NCBI GenBank assembly: GCA_963666275.2
Contig: CAXXOA010000002.1
Location: 288,001-352,000 of the forward strand
Reading direction: 5' to 3'
Length of the DNA stretch: 64,000 nucleotides
Source: Oceanispirochaeta sp.
Lineage (GTDB): Bacteria > Spirochaetota > Spirochaetia > DSM-2461
Below, piece after piece: positions 8,995 through 19,806 of this stretch (positions within the stretch are counted from its first letter, which is position 1; each line of letters begins with the position of its first letter). The translations under genes were made by a program, and so were the position numbers. The notes below the pieces were generated by a model. It was not told the origin of the DNA. It made no database searches and worked only from the letters and a program-made list of their open reading frames with translations.

Positions 8995-10458
8995 ATGAAT
9001 TATTTTAATACACTCCCCTTAAGAAAACAGCTTGATCAGCTGGGAACATGCAGCCTGATCTCCCGTAATGAATTCAACGGTGTTGAAAAACTGAAAGGAA
9101 AAAAAGTTGTCATTATCGGTTGCGGTGCTCAGGGTCTGCACCAGGGACTGAACATGAGAGACAGCGGGCTTGATGTCTCTTACGCCCTGCGTGAAGGAGC
9201 CATTAAAGAAAAAAGACAGTCTTACATCAATGCCACAGAAAATGGATTTGTTGCTGATGTTTATGAAAACCTGATTCCCGGTGCGGACCTGGTTCTGAAC
9301 CTGACTCCGGATAAACAGCATTCTAGCGTTGTAGAAGCGGTAATGCCTCTGATGAAAAAAGGCGCAACCCTCTCCTACTCTCACGGATTTAATATCATCG
9401 AAGAGGGAATGCAGATCAGAAAAGATATTACAGTTATTATGGTTGCTCCCAAATCACCCGGTTCCGAAGTAAGAGAAGAGTACAAAAGGGGTTTCGGTGT
9501 TCCTACCCTCATAGCCGTTCACCCCGAAAATGATCCCAATGGAGACGGTCTGGAAATTGCCATGGCCTACGCGTCAGCAACCGGTGGAGACAGAGCAGGA
9601 GTTCTGCTGTCCTCCTTCACTGCGGAAGTAAAATCAGACCTTATGGGAGAGCAGACAATTCTCTGTGGAACCCTTCAGGCCGGATCTATCATGCTGTTCG
9701 ATAAAATGGTTGAAAAAGGTGTGGATGCCTCCTACGCTTCCAAACTCCTCCAGTTCGGATGGGAAACAATTACTGAAGCCCTGAAACATGGTGGTATTAC
9801 CAACATGATGGACCGTCTGAGCAATGCCGATAAGATCACTGCCTATGAACTGACAGAAGAACTCAAAGGTATTTTAAGACCTCTCTTCGAAAAACACATG
9901 GACGATATTATGAGCGGAGAGTTTTCCTCCACCATGATGGCGGACTGGGCCAATGATGATGTCAATCTCCTTACCTGGAGAGAAGAAACCGGGCAGACAG
10001 CTTTTGAAAAAACTCCTGCCGGTTCAATGGAAATTTCCGAACAGGAATTTTTTGACAACGGAATTCTTATGGTAGCCATGGTCAAAGCCGGGGTAGAACT
10101 GGCCTTCGAAGTTATGACAGAAACCGGAATCAAAGCGGAATCCGCCTACTACGAATCTCTGCATGAATTGCCCCTTATTGCCAACCTGATCAGCAGAAAG
10201 AAACTGTATGAAATGAATAAAGTGATCTCCGATACAGCAGAATACGGATGCTACCTCTTTGCCAATGCGGCGGTTCCCATGCTGGAAGACTTTATGAAAT
10301 CAGTTGATTCAGATGTTATCGGAAAAGGAACCGGAGCTGGCAGACAGGTTGATAATATCGAACTGATTGCCGTAAACGATGCCATCAGAAATCATCCAAT
10401 CGAAAAAGTGGGAAAAATGCTGAGAAGTTTCATGACTGAAATGAAAAGCCTTTCCTGA
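8995..10458 (+). CDS. ilvC: Ketol-acid reductoisomerase, class II (long form)
   Basis: [41 protein letters not shown]; duplicated C-terminal knot domain, 487 aa. Confidence 0.96.
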   Translation: MNYFNTLPLRKQLDQLGTCSLISRNEFNGVEKLKGKKVVIIGCGAQGLHQGLNMRDSGLDVSYALREGAIKEKRQSYINATENGFVADVYENLIPGADLVLNLTPDKQHSSVVEAVMPLMKKGATLSYSHGFNIIEEGMQIRKDITVIMVAPKSPGSEVREEYKRGFGVPTLIAVHPENDPNGDGLEIAMAYASATGGDRAGVLLSSFTAEVKSDLMGEQTILCGTLQAGSIMLFDKMVEKGVDASYASKLLQFGWETITEALKHGGITNMMDRLSNADKITAYELTEELKGILRPLFEKHMDDIMSGEFSSTMMADWANDDVNLLTWREETGQTAFEKTPAGSMEISEQEFFDNGILMVAMVKAGVELAFEVMTETGIKAESAYYESLHELPLIANLISRKKLYEMNKVISDTAEYGCYLFANAAVPMLEDFMKSVDSDVIGKGTGAGRQVDNIELIAVNDAIRNHPIEKVGKMLRSFMTEMKSLS

Positions 10459-10471
10459 TTCATACTTCACT

Positions 10472-10507
10472 AAAAAAAAGACCCGCTCGGTAAGAGCGGG
10501 TTTTTTA
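10472..10507. terminator. Bidirectional intrinsic terminator
   Basis: A8-ACCCGCTC-loop-GAGCGGGT-T-run between convergent genes. Confidence 0.8.
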
Positions 10508-10529
10508 TAATCCAGACGGAATGATGAAA

Positions 10530-12521
10530 TCAGAATTCCTCGCCCCTTTCCTCTTCTTCCTCATCCGTTCCCTCGACAATGATCTCCGCCGTATCCACAG
10601 TGGCACCGTCGTCCCCTTCTGCAGAGATCTCACCGTCCAGAGATTCAACCTCCAGATCTTCCTCTTCAACCACTGTTTTAAAGAAATCCAGTTCGTTGCC
10701 GATCCGTTCAGCAACGGAACCTATGGTCCCTGTCATATCCTGAATAACGGAAATCGACGAGGAAATCCCTTTGATTCCCTCGGAAACCTGCATAACTCCT
10801 GACTGAACGCTACCGGAAATGGCCTGTACATTCTCTACGGCAATCCGGACAGTTTCAGACTGCTCCGTCATATCTTTGGAGTCCTGCCTGACATCTACAG
10901 CCATGGTCTGAAGAGAATTCATGGCCGTCAGGATCTGATCTCCACCGGCTTTCAGTTCCACCATGCTCTGGCTTATCTCATTCATCGAGGAGAAAAGACT
11001 TTCCACATCTTTTACAGTCTGGGTAAATGTATTCAGTGTGACATCACTGGAGAGCGTGGCTTCTCTGATATTTTCAATGATCTCATTCAGAGAAGAACCG
11101 ATCTCTCTGGAATTCATGGATGAGGCTTCTGCCAGCTTTCGAATTTCATCGGAAACAACGGCAAAACCTTTTCCGAACTCCCCCGCATGGGCAGCTTCAA
11201 TAGCCGCATTCATGGAGAGAAGGTTTGTCTGCGAAGAGATGTCTTCTATGACAGAAATCATATTCCGGATGGCATCTATGCTGTTATTGATTTTCTGGAT
11301 ATTAAGAGAGGTATCTTTCAACTGTTCGTTTCCATTTTCCATAGAGGAAACCATCTCTTTCAGACTGCCCAGCTTTTTAACAGTTACCTGCTCTACATTG
11401 TTGATGGACGCCATCATCTCATTCACCGCGGCAGAAGATTCTTCCACCATGGAAGTCTGTTCGAGGATACTGGAATTGAGGCTCTGAATCTTTTCAGAAA
11501 TAACTTCCACGGATTCATAGGAATTCCTGGCCGTATCATCCAGCTGCCTGATATCAGCAGCCATTTCATCAGCACTCATAGAAATGGAGCGGCTGGAAAC
11601 TTCTGTCTCTTCAACCTGACGCGTCAGTTTGTCACGGACTTTAAGATTTTCGTCGGAAACACCTTTGATCCTGTCGATGATGCCTTTCATGGTATCCTGA
11701 AAGAGGGAAAGATTTGAATTCAGTCTGGCCAGATCATCTCTGGAATTCACATTGGCAGTAATGGTCAGATCTCCATCCTTCAGATGGCTGATACTTCCCT
11801 CGATATACCGGATATTGATAACGATCTTATTGGCAAAAATGAAGCTGCCTATAAAAACACAGATAAGAACGGCCAGGATACCAGAACCTGTCAGCAGGAA
11901 TGTTCTGCGTTCAATTTTTGAAACTTCCTTGTCGATACTGCCGAACTGTTCCTCGATGACAGTCACCGAACTGTCCAGCACATTCTCGTAAATACTGTGC
12001 TGAGAGAGAAACTCTGTCATAGCAAGATTGAACAGGGCGGCTACTTTGGGATCCGCCCGATCCCGGAATCTCTGAGCCTGATAGATTTTCAGAAAGTTGA
12101 AGGAATCCAGAAAAATATAAATATCTTTCACAGACTCCTGAAAAGATTCGTTCACACGGATAAATTCATTAATCCGGTCGCCTTTCATTTCGTTCAGCCT
12201 GACAGTGATGTCAAGGGCTTCGGCAATGGCTTCACTCTGGGACCTGAGGTAGGTAATCCCCTCCACTTTGGCAAAAGCCTCATTGGTATGTTCCACAGCC
12301 TCCATGAATTCTTCCAGCCCCCTGAGATAGGGAGTTTGCCCCAGCAGCCTGTTCATCAGAATTTCTTCATTGAGAAAACTGTCCCGCAATTCCTGCAGAA
12401 GAGCAGTCTCGTCATTAATTTTCTGGATAGGAGCCATAGCGGCAAAATACCCGAAGGCAATGAGAAAGAAAGAAGAGATAATAATTGAAATCAGCAGCAG
12501 TAGTTTCGCTTTAATTGACAT
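10530..12521 (-). CDS. Methyl-accepting chemotaxis protein
   Basis: Two TM segments, HAMP region, [35 protein letters not shown] hairpin tip. Confidence 0.95.
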   Translation of the reverse strand: MSIKAKLLLLISIIISSFFLIAFGYFAAMAPIQKINDETALLQELRDSFLNEEILMNRLLGQTPYLRGLEEFMEAVEHTNEAFAKVEGITYLRSQSEAIAEALDITVRLNEMKGDRINEFIRVNESFQESVKDIYIFLDSFNFLKIYQAQRFRDRADPKVAALFNLAMTEFLSQHSIYENVLDSSVTVIEEQFGSIDKEVSKIERRTFLLTGSGILAVLICVFIGSFIFANKIVINIRYIEGSISHLKDGDLTITANVNSRDDLARLNSNLSLFQDTMKGIIDRIKGVSDENLKVRDKLTRQVEETEVSSRSISMSADEMAADIRQLDDTARNSYESVEVISEKIQSLNSSILEQTSMVEESSAAVNEMMASINNVEQVTVKKLGSLKEMVSSMENGNEQLKDTSLNIQKINNSIDAIRNMISVIEDISSQTNLLSMNAAIEAAHAGEFGKGFAVVSDEIRKLAEASSMNSREIGSSLNEIIENIREATLSSDVTLNTFTQTVKDVESLFSSMNEISQSMVELKAGGDQILTAMNSLQTMAVDVRQDSKDMTEQSETVRIAVENVQAISGSVQSGVMQVSEGIKGISSSISVIQDMTGTIGSVAERIGNELDFFKTVVEEEDLEVESLDGEISAEGDDGATVDTAEIIVEGTDEEEEERGEEF

Positions 12522-12671
12522 ATAAACATCACCATTTAAAAAATTATTTGTTAACTATTTGTAATTGTTTCTTTATATTATAATACAACATGGGAACTGT
12601 ATCCCATGATCTATTATAGTCCGGGTTTCAAAAAAAAGCACTTATTAAAATTCAAGGAGACGGGTTGGCCT

Positions 12672-15488
12672 ATGAAGATTTTCAGATTTGCCCTTTTTAA
12701 TGTTTTATTTTTACTGTTTTTAACGCCGTTTCTCCTGTTTGCCAACGGAACCGGGGATATTATCCCTCTGGACAACGAAGTTCGTACAGGAACGCTCCAG
12801 AATGGTCTTCAATTTTATGTCCGGGAAAACAGCACGCCCTCGGATCGAGCCTACCTGAGACTTGTGATCAATGCCGGCTCCACCCAGGAGGACGATGATC
12901 AGAAAGGGATGGCCCACTTTCTTGAGCACATGGCATTTAACGGAACCGCCCGTTTTGAAAAGAATGATCTTGTCAAATACCTTCAGGGAATCGGAATGCA
13001 GTTCGGTCCTGATATCAATGCCCATACCTCTTTTGATGAAACCGTCTACAAGCTGATGATTCCCCTGGACAATCCCGGGAACCTGGAAAAGGGTCTGGAA
13101 ATTCTTGAAGAGTGGGCCTTTCATATGACCCTGGATGACCGGGATATAGAAGAGGAAAGAGGCGTCATCCTTGAGGAACGCCGGACAGGACTGGGAGCAT
13201 CCCGCAGAATGATGGACGCCGCCTATCCTGACATCATGTTCAATTCTCTTTATGCGGAACGCCTTCCTATTGGCACTGAGGAATCCATAAAAACAAGTAC
13301 TCCCGATGCAATAAGACGGTTTTACAGGGACTGGTACAGACCGGAACTCATGGCTGTAGTTGCGGTGGGGGATTTTGACGGTACCCGGGTGGAGGAAATG
13401 ATCAGATCCCGGTTTGATAAATACAGGAACCCTCCCATCCCCCGGGAGCGCACAGAAGCGGAAGTCCCTTTTCACAGGGAAACGATCTTCTCAATTCAGG
13501 AAGATGAGGAATCCACATGGACTGCTGCGATCCTTTTCAATAAATTCCCCGCAGAGACTGTGAGAACCGGAGAAGACTACAGACGGGAAATCGTTAAAGA
13601 GCTCTATATCCGGATTTTCAACAACCGTCTGACAGAGCTTCTGGATCAGCCGGAACCTCCCTTCACCTATGCCTATGCGGATTTTTCATCCCTCACAAGA
13701 AAAATGGATTTCCATACCATGACTGTCCTTTCCGCAGACAACAGCCTTTACAAGGCCTATGAAACCATACTGCGGGAGGAAAAAAGGCTGAAAGATCATG
13801 GAATCACCTCTTCAGAGCTGGAGAGGGCAGAAAAAGAGCTGACCACTGAGTTCAAATCTGCCTATGATAACAGGAATGACAGTGATTCAGCTGAGATTGT
13901 GGCCGGGTATGTGAGTTACTTCCTGGATGGAGATCCCGCCCCTGGGATTGCCTTTGAATGGGAACTGTTTCAACGCTATCTCCCCGAGATAACCGCTGAG
14001 GAGATACTCCAGTCTGCCAGGCACTGGCTGTCCGATCAGAACAGAGTCGTCTATACAATGGCCCCGGATCGGAAGGACATTGAACCCATCGATCCTGTAG
14101 AACTCTCACGTATCAATGTGATGGTTGAAAACTCTCCGACCGAGGCCCCGGAAGAGAAAGTACTCTCCGAAAACCTTATGGAGGAACCGCCTCTACCGGG
14201 AGAGATATCCGCCCGTTCCTACTTTGAGATTCCCGATGTGTATGAGTGGACCCTCTCCAACGGATCCAGAGTGGTTCTGAAACAGACCGACTTTAAGGAT
14301 AATGAGATCCTCTTTTCCGCTATGGCTCCGGGAGGGCTCACCCTGGCGGAAGACGAGGAGTATATTTCTGCAAAATTTGCCGCAGACGCGATCATACAGG
14401 GGGGAGCCGGCAATCACAGCAAAAGGGATATTGAAAAGATTCTGGCTGGAGCAAACATAGCTCTCCAGCCGCAGATCAACACGCTGACTTCGGGATTTTC
14501 CGGCAGTACCTCCCGGGAAGACCTGGAGAAGCTCCTGCAGTTGACCTATCTCTACTTCACGGCTCCCGGGATCGATGATGACCTCTGGACCTCCTACAGC
14601 ACCCGTGTAAAAAACAATCTGGCAAACAGGGACTCCAACCCTATGAACCAGTACAGCGATCTTATAACCTCCGTGATGTATCAGGATCATTTCAGAAGCA
14701 GGCCTCTGACTGCCTCCATGATGGATGAAGTGGACCTGGAAAAGGCATATGACTTCTATAACAGGATCTTCGATTCTGCCACAGACTATACATTTTTCTT
14801 CACTGGCAGCATCTCTCCCGAGGAGTTGGAGGAGTATATAAAAACCTACCTGGCCAGCCTGCCGGGAACCGGAGAAAAAGAGAAGACCTGGATAGACAGA
14901 GGCCTCCGATACCCTTCAGGAATTATTGAAAAGTCCCTGGAGAAGGGGAAAGAGCCTCTAAGCTATGTCACCATGATCTACACGGGGACCTGGGAGTGGA
15001 GCGATAAGGAAACTGAGATTTTCCAGGCTCTGGCAGATTCCATGGATATGATTCTGAATGAGAGGCTGAGAGAACAGGCGGGAGGAACCTACTCTCCCGG
15101 AGTGGGCGCCTACCCTTCCAGAATACCTTACGAAGACTACAGTTTTGTGATTTCATTTTCCTGCGATCCTGCAAGAACAGAAGAACTGGTAGACCTGGTA
15201 AAGGGAATTGTTGAAGATCTGAAAACGGAAACACCGGATCAGAGATTTACCGAAGATGTTATCAAATCACGAAGGGTGTACATAGAAGAGCAGATGCAGC
15301 AGAACAGCATCTGGCTTAACAGACTGAAAAGGAACTATCTGCTTCAGATGCCGAAGGAATCCATTGTTCCCGCAGACTATCTCAGCGGAGAATATTCTCC
15401 TCAGGTTTTTCAGGACAGGATTCGCAGGTATCTGGACCCGGAAAACTACATAGAGATTCTTCTCTATCCGGAAAACCGGGAGAACTGA
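12672..15488 (+). CDS. M16 family zinc protease (PqqL-like), exported
   Basis: Signal peptide, HFLEH inverted zincin motif, NAHTSFDETVY, RFYRDWYRP; AAGGAG RBS favours ATG 12672. Confidence 0.9.
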   Translation: MKIFRFALFNVLFLLFLTPFLLFANGTGDIIPLDNEVRTGTLQNGLQFYVRENSTPSDRAYLRLVINAGSTQEDDDQKGMAHFLEHMAFNGTARFEKNDLVKYLQGIGMQFGPDINAHTSFDETVYKLMIPLDNPGNLEKGLEILEEWAFHMTLDDRDIEEERGVILEERRTGLGASRRMMDAAYPDIMFNSLYAERLPIGTEESIKTSTPDAIRRFYRDWYRPELMAVVAVGDFDGTRVEEMIRSRFDKYRNPPIPRERTEAEVPFHRETIFSIQEDEESTWTAAILFNKFPAETVRTGEDYRREIVKELYIRIFNNRLTELLDQPEPPFTYAYADFSSLTRKMDFHTMTVLSADNSLYKAYETILREEKRLKDHGITSSELERAEKELTTEFKSAYDNRNDSDSAEIVAGYVSYFLDGDPAPGIAFEWELFQRYLPEITAEEILQSARHWLSDQNRVVYTMAPDRKDIEPIDPVELSRINVMVENSPTEAPEEKVLSENLMEEPPLPGEISARSYFEIPDVYEWTLSNGSRVVLKQTDFKDNEILFSAMAPGGLTLAEDEEYISAKFAADAIIQGGAGNHSKRDIEKILAGANIALQPQINTLTSGFSGSTSREDLEKLLQLTYLYFTAPGIDDDLWTSYSTRVKNNLANRDSNPMNQYSDLITSVMYQDHFRSRPLTASMMDEVDLEKAYDFYNRIFDSATDYTFFFTGSISPEELEEYIKTYLASLPGTGEKEKTWIDRGLRYPSGIIEKSLEKGKEPLSYVTMIYTGTWEWSDKETEIFQALADSMDMILNERLREQAGGTYSPGVGAYPSRIPYEDYSFVISFSCDPARTEELVDLVKGIVEDLKTETPDQRFTEDVIKSRRVYIEEQMQQNSIWLNRLKRNYLLQMPKESIVPADYLSGEYSPQVFQDRIRRYLDPENYIEILLYPENREN

Positions 15489-15494
15489 TAAGAT

Positions 15495-15522
15495 GCCCTC
15501 CCTTTTAGGGGAGGGTTTTTTT
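15495..15522 (+). terminator. Intrinsic terminator
   Basis: CCCTCCCT/AGGGAGGG stem plus T-run. Confidence 0.75.
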
Positions 15523-15527
15523 ATTTA

Positions 15528-16040
15528 CTATTTTTCCTGAGGGATGACAGGTTTAAGTGTGCTGTCGGAAGGTTCGGGGACTCCGGCAGGAAGATCACTC
15601 TGAGACGCGGGAAGCCAGGTCTGATTACGTCCGAAAGGTCCTATTTTGCCTCTGACGATGAGGTTGCTTCCTTCAAGCCAGATTTCGGAGGAATAGATTT
15701 TTCCCTCTTTGGGATCCATGATTTTTCCTTTTTTCCATTTTGACCCTTTCTGTTCCAGTTCCCAGATAATATCCAGTCCCGCAAAAAAGGGTTCTCCTTT
15801 AACATTTTCCGCGATGACAGAGGGGTTTACATAGGTATCTTTCAGAGCCCCTTCGTCATCATAAATAACAAGAAGCCGTCCGTAGATTTTCCCCTTGTAC
15901 TCATAAATCTTGACAATGGATTTCACAACATTTGTCTCATCATCAACAGTCTTCCACATCCCGGTAATACCGGATGCCGCCATGAGTGGAGAAAGGAGAA
16001 AGACAGTCAATACAAAGATTCCGATTAGTTTCTTCTTCAT
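15528..16040 (-). CDS. DUF2147-family secreted protein
   Basis: Signal peptide; G.WKTVDD, GKIMDPKEGKIY, VRGKIGPFGRNQTW. Confidence 0.85.
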   Translation of the reverse strand: MKKKLIGIFVLTVFLLSPLMAASGITGMWKTVDDETNVVKSIVKIYEYKGKIYGRLLVIYDDEGALKDTYVNPSVIAENVKGEPFFAGLDIIWELEQKGSKWKKGKIMDPKEGKIYSSEIWLEGSNLIVRGKIGPFGRNQTWLPASQSDLPAGVPEPSDSTLKPVIPQEK

Positions 16041-16175
16041 TCCAAAATTTCCTTTTTTTGTGGGTTTTCCGCCGTCTTTCCAAAGAGGAACCCGGGCAGA
16101 TACGAATTTATTTTAACACGGAGGGATGGAGAATCAATAGCAGGAAGAGAAAAAAGAATCTGACAATGCCGATTC

Positions 16176-19019
16176 TCAGTAATTGAAGAGTTCCTCAATA
16201 GGCAGTTCCCGGAAATCTCCCATCTCCTGAAGCGCCTTAAGGTCGACTTCATCCCGGCTTCCCAGAACTAGAAGATTGCTGTTGGCCTTCAGTATCTCCT
16301 GCTTGAAAAACCGCCGCATTTCACTGTAGGAATACTCCTCCAGACTCCGGAAAACCCTTTCCCTGAAGGCAGGGTCAATTCCCAGCTCCACAGACTCCCA
16401 CCAGGACCAGAAAACATCCGCATCCTGAATTCTCTCGGAGGAAAAACTTTTTACCATCGACGCCCTGGCTTCCTGAAACAGAAGAGACTCTTCCGGAACG
16501 CAGGACAGAAGAGTATCCAGAGCATTGACGGCCTGCACCATTTTATCGCTCTGGGTGCCCAGAAAACTCTGAAGGATATGGAATCCCTCGGGCCTCTCGG
16601 GAACTGTAATATTGGAATAGGCGGTATATGCCAGTCCCCTTGCCTCCCGGATCTCCTGGAACACAAGGGAGTTCAAACCTGTGCCGAAAAACTCATTGTA
16701 GAGGGAAACCGAAGGGAGAAGTTTCTCTGAGAAGGGCCTGAGCGGAGCAACCCTGAAGACCTCTGCCTGAAGCATATCATGATGGGCAAAGTAAATTTTA
16801 TTCTCTGCTTTCTTTTCGGTGTAGATTTTTCCGGGACGGATAGGCTCAGGACTGCTGAGATCTCCGGGATGATGATCCATTATAGACTTGCGGATCTGAT
16901 CAGGCTCTCCGTTGCCGTAATAGAAGATCTGATGAGGCAGTGAAAAAAGTCTGCGGATTTCATCCATCAGAGCCTGAGGATCCTGTTTTTTCAGCTCCTT
17001 CTCGGAAAGGACATCCCGGAAGGGAGAATCAGGCCCGTAAACTCCCCAGGAATAGAGCCCGCCGAAGAGAAGAACCCGTTTGCTCAGTTTCGCATCGGAG
17101 CGGCGCTTTATCAAACCCTGTACGTATTTTCTGTAGGTTCTGACCGATCCTTCTCCCCGGCGGATAACGTGATCCAGAAAGGTCAGGGCTTTTATGAAAT
17201 CCTCCTGGAAACCGAACAGGGAGAGGGTGGTCCTGTAAAGGTCTACATTAAGATTCAACTCCAACCCATCGAAAAACGCCTCTTTCTGGAGCTCTTCCGG
17301 CTTCAGCCTGTCTGTTCCGATATATGGAAAATAGTCCCCTCCGACCTGAAGGGTCTTGGAGGAACTTTTTCCCTCGGGAAAGATGAAAGTCAATTCAAAC
17401 AGATTGTTTTTCTCATTCCTGCCGCAGCTGAGAGAGACCTGGTTTCCCAGGGCAATATGGATCAGTTCCTTTTCATAGTCGGGAAACAGGGGCGGATTCA
17501 CAAGGGGTGAGTGTTTCCTGAAATTGCGGAAAAACTCAGATTCCCTATTGTACTCCAGCGGAACCGGAGTAATTTCAGGTTTCTCCACTTTTTCAATAGA
17601 AGGATCTTCCCCTTCCTTTTTGTCCACACGGATATACTGGTCATTGAATTTTTTCTTTACAAATTCGATCAGTTCCTCTTTACTAATGCTTCGGATCTGC
17701 TGGAGACGGCCCAGATAATCCTCCCATTCCATCCCTTCGGCAAAACACTCCGCAAAGGCATCTACAATACCATTGGTTTCAAGGTCCTGAACTCTCTCTA
17801 TTTCAAGATACTTTGTCACACCCTTGAGAAGACGGGAGTCAAACTCCCCCCGTTTGATGAGGTCAATCTGCTTCATCAGCAGTCTATGGACACTTCCGAG
17901 GCTCTGTCCGGGTCCGGGCGTACCGTAGAGAACGAACCAGCTGTACTCTCCGGCACTGCTGAGACTGCTTCCTCCGTCCAGAAGCTTCTGCTTCTGAACC
18001 AGGTTCAGATCGATCAGACCCGCCTGACTGTTATTGAGGATCAGATCCAGCATGAAGAGGAGATGATAGTCTCCAGACTGAATTCCTCCGAACCGGAAAC
18101 CCGTCATTGTGAATTCCGAGTCAGGCCCCAGTAGCTGATACCTTGCTTTTTTAATGTCCCCGGCTTTACCGGAAAAAACAGGAGTGTCTATTGTCTCCGG
18201 AGACCAGAGGCCCCAGGTCTTTTCAAAAAGTTCAATCGTCTCTTCTACAGAAAAATCACCCGCTAGGCAGATTGCCATATGCTCCGGTCTGTACCAGGTT
18301 TTCCTGAATTGTTCGATCTCTTTCAGAGAGGGCGCTTTTATATGTTCGGGATTTCCCAGGATTCCATTTATTCCATAGGGATGATCAGGGAAAAGCCTGT
18401 AGAGAAGGAGTTCTCTTGCCCTGGAAAAGTCATCATCCTGATCCTGATTATACTCTTCGTAAATAGCCTCGATCTCTGTAAGGAATGAGCGCATAACCGG
18501 CTCGGAAAACCTGTCGAGTTCTACCGCGATCCATCTTTCCAGTTCAATGGAGGGAATGTCACATTTGTATACTGTCTCTTCCATGCTTGTATACGCATTC
18601 ACACCCCGGGCCCCTATCAGACTGAGGAGCCTGTCATACTCTCCCGGCAGTGACAGCCGTGCAGCCACCTGGTTCTCCCTGTCAATTTCTTTATAGAGGG
18701 CCTTTCTATTCTGCTCACTCTTTTCCTGCCGGATCTGCTCAAAAAGATCTGTCAGGCGATTGAGACTGGATTTTTCAATATCCCAGTGGGAGGCTCCGAT
18801 TTTACGGCTTCCCTTGAACATCAGATGCTCCAGAATATGAGCCGCTCCGGTGGAAGTTTCAGGATCCCTGGAGGAACCTGCTTTTACGACGATCCGGGTT
18901 TCTATCCTTGGTTTCCAGTCTTTTCTGGAGAGGTAAAGGGTCAGGCCGTTTTTAAGAGTGTGGATTTTCAGACCGTAGGGATCCTGCGGTTTGATAGTGC
19001 CGGAACTGTTGGGAGACAT
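16176..19019 (-). CDS. M16 family metallopeptidase, no signal peptide
   Basis: HILEHLMFKGS, NAYTSMEETVY, VFQEIREARGLAYTA. Confidence 0.9.
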   Translation of the reverse strand: MSPNSSGTIKPQDPYGLKIHTLKNGLTLYLSRKDWKPRIETRIVVKAGSSRDPETSTGAAHILEHLMFKGSRKIGASHWDIEKSSLNRLTDLFEQIRQEKSEQNRKALYKEIDRENQVAARLSLPGEYDRLLSLIGARGVNAYTSMEETVYKCDIPSIELERWIAVELDRFSEPVMRSFLTEIEAIYEEYNQDQDDDFSRARELLLYRLFPDHPYGINGILGNPEHIKAPSLKEIEQFRKTWYRPEHMAICLAGDFSVEETIELFEKTWGLWSPETIDTPVFSGKAGDIKKARYQLLGPDSEFTMTGFRFGGIQSGDYHLLFMLDLILNNSQAGLIDLNLVQKQKLLDGGSSLSSAGEYSWFVLYGTPGPGQSLGSVHRLLMKQIDLIKRGEFDSRLLKGVTKYLEIERVQDLETNGIVDAFAECFAEGMEWEDYLGRLQQIRSISKEELIEFVKKKFNDQYIRVDKKEGEDPSIEKVEKPEITPVPLEYNRESEFFRNFRKHSPLVNPPLFPDYEKELIHIALGNQVSLSCGRNEKNNLFELTFIFPEGKSSSKTLQVGGDYFPYIGTDRLKPEELQKEAFFDGLELNLNVDLYRTTLSLFGFQEDFIKALTFLDHVIRRGEGSVRTYRKYVQGLIKRRSDAKLSKRVLLFGGLYSWGVYGPDSPFRDVLSEKELKKQDPQALMDEIRRLFSLPHQIFYYGNGEPDQIRKSIMDHHPGDLSSPEPIRPGKIYTEKKAENKIYFAHHDMLQAEVFRVAPLRPFSEKLLPSVSLYNEFFGTGLNSLVFQEIREARGLAYTAYSNITVPERPEGFHILQSFLGTQSDKMVQAVNALDTLLSCVPEESLLFQEARASMVKSFSSERIQDADVFWSWWESVELGIDPAFRERVFRSLEEYSYSEMRRFFKQEILKANSNLLVLGSRDEVDLKALQEMGDFRELPIEELFNY

Positions 19020-19077
19020 AGTGCCTAATATTAACGAAATAGTAAGGTTCGGAATAGTCCTGTTGGAGGAATCCGAT

Positions 19078-19106
19078 AAAAAAAGGGAGCCCGAAAAGGC
19101 TCCCTT
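19078..19106 (-). terminator. Intrinsic terminator of the FecR operon
   Basis: AAGGGAGCC/GGCTCCCTT stem with a T-run on the minus strand. Confidence 0.75.
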
Positions 19107-19111
19107 AAAAT

Positions 19112-19795
19112 CTATTCAATTGTAATTTCCAGAGTCCCGAACAAATCAGCCGAGGCAGAAGAGGAACCATCCTCCCTGGAGGAACTCAGACCGTCATCGT
19201 CACCGGTCTCTTCTCCGGCGGTGGTGGAGGGCGAAACCGAAGCGTCCTGCCTTCTGGCCGCTGCCGGATCGGTGGGATCCTCCCCTTCGGGGGATTCAGA
19301 TTTTCCGCCGGCAGGAACATTCACTTTTGTTCCTTTGGAACCGGTAAAATCCACACTCCCCTCGAGCACTTCGAGCCTGAGTCCGTCAAACGTAAAAGAG
19401 GTTCCCCTTACAGCAGCGGTAGCCACAGGGCTTCTCACCTGAAAATCATTGACAAGCGAACCGCTTCTTCTGACATCTGCCCTGATCCTTCCCGCTCCGA
19501 GAAACAGCTTGGTGGTAGTGGTATCTTCAGTGGTCACCAGCTCCTGCACAGTCATCCTTGTGAGAGGCTTCACTGTAATCGTGGCGTTATCCATCTCCAC
19601 TTTCGCTTCCGAACCGAAGCCCGTGGAAATTTTGGTATTCATGGGAAGATCCATCCCGTTTACAGCAGTTCTCCAGGAAGCTCCGGGCTCCTGAATTTCC
19701 ACCTTTCCCGAAATAGACTGAATTGTCACAACCTCCGCACTCAGCAGGGTTGTGATAAGAAACAATGCAGAAAATGTTAAAAGCCTTTTAAACAT
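19112..19795 (-). CDS. Secreted/periplasmic FecR-domain protein
   Basis: Signal peptide; ISTGFGSEA, VRSPVATAAVRGTSF, LEVLEGSV; low-complexity linker then terminal LEITIE strand. Confidence 0.85.
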   Translation of the reverse strand: MFKRLLTFSALFLITTLLSAEVVTIQSISGKVEIQEPGASWRTAVNGMDLPMNTKISTGFGSEAKVEMDNATITVKPLTRMTVQELVTTEDTTTTKLFLGAGRIRADVRRSGSLVNDFQVRSPVATAAVRGTSFTFDGLRLEVLEGSVDFTGSKGTKVNVPAGGKSESPEGEDPTDPAAARRQDASVSPSTTAGEETGDDDGLSSSREDGSSSASADLFGTLEITIE

Positions 19796-19806
19796 AATGA
19801 GGCCTC

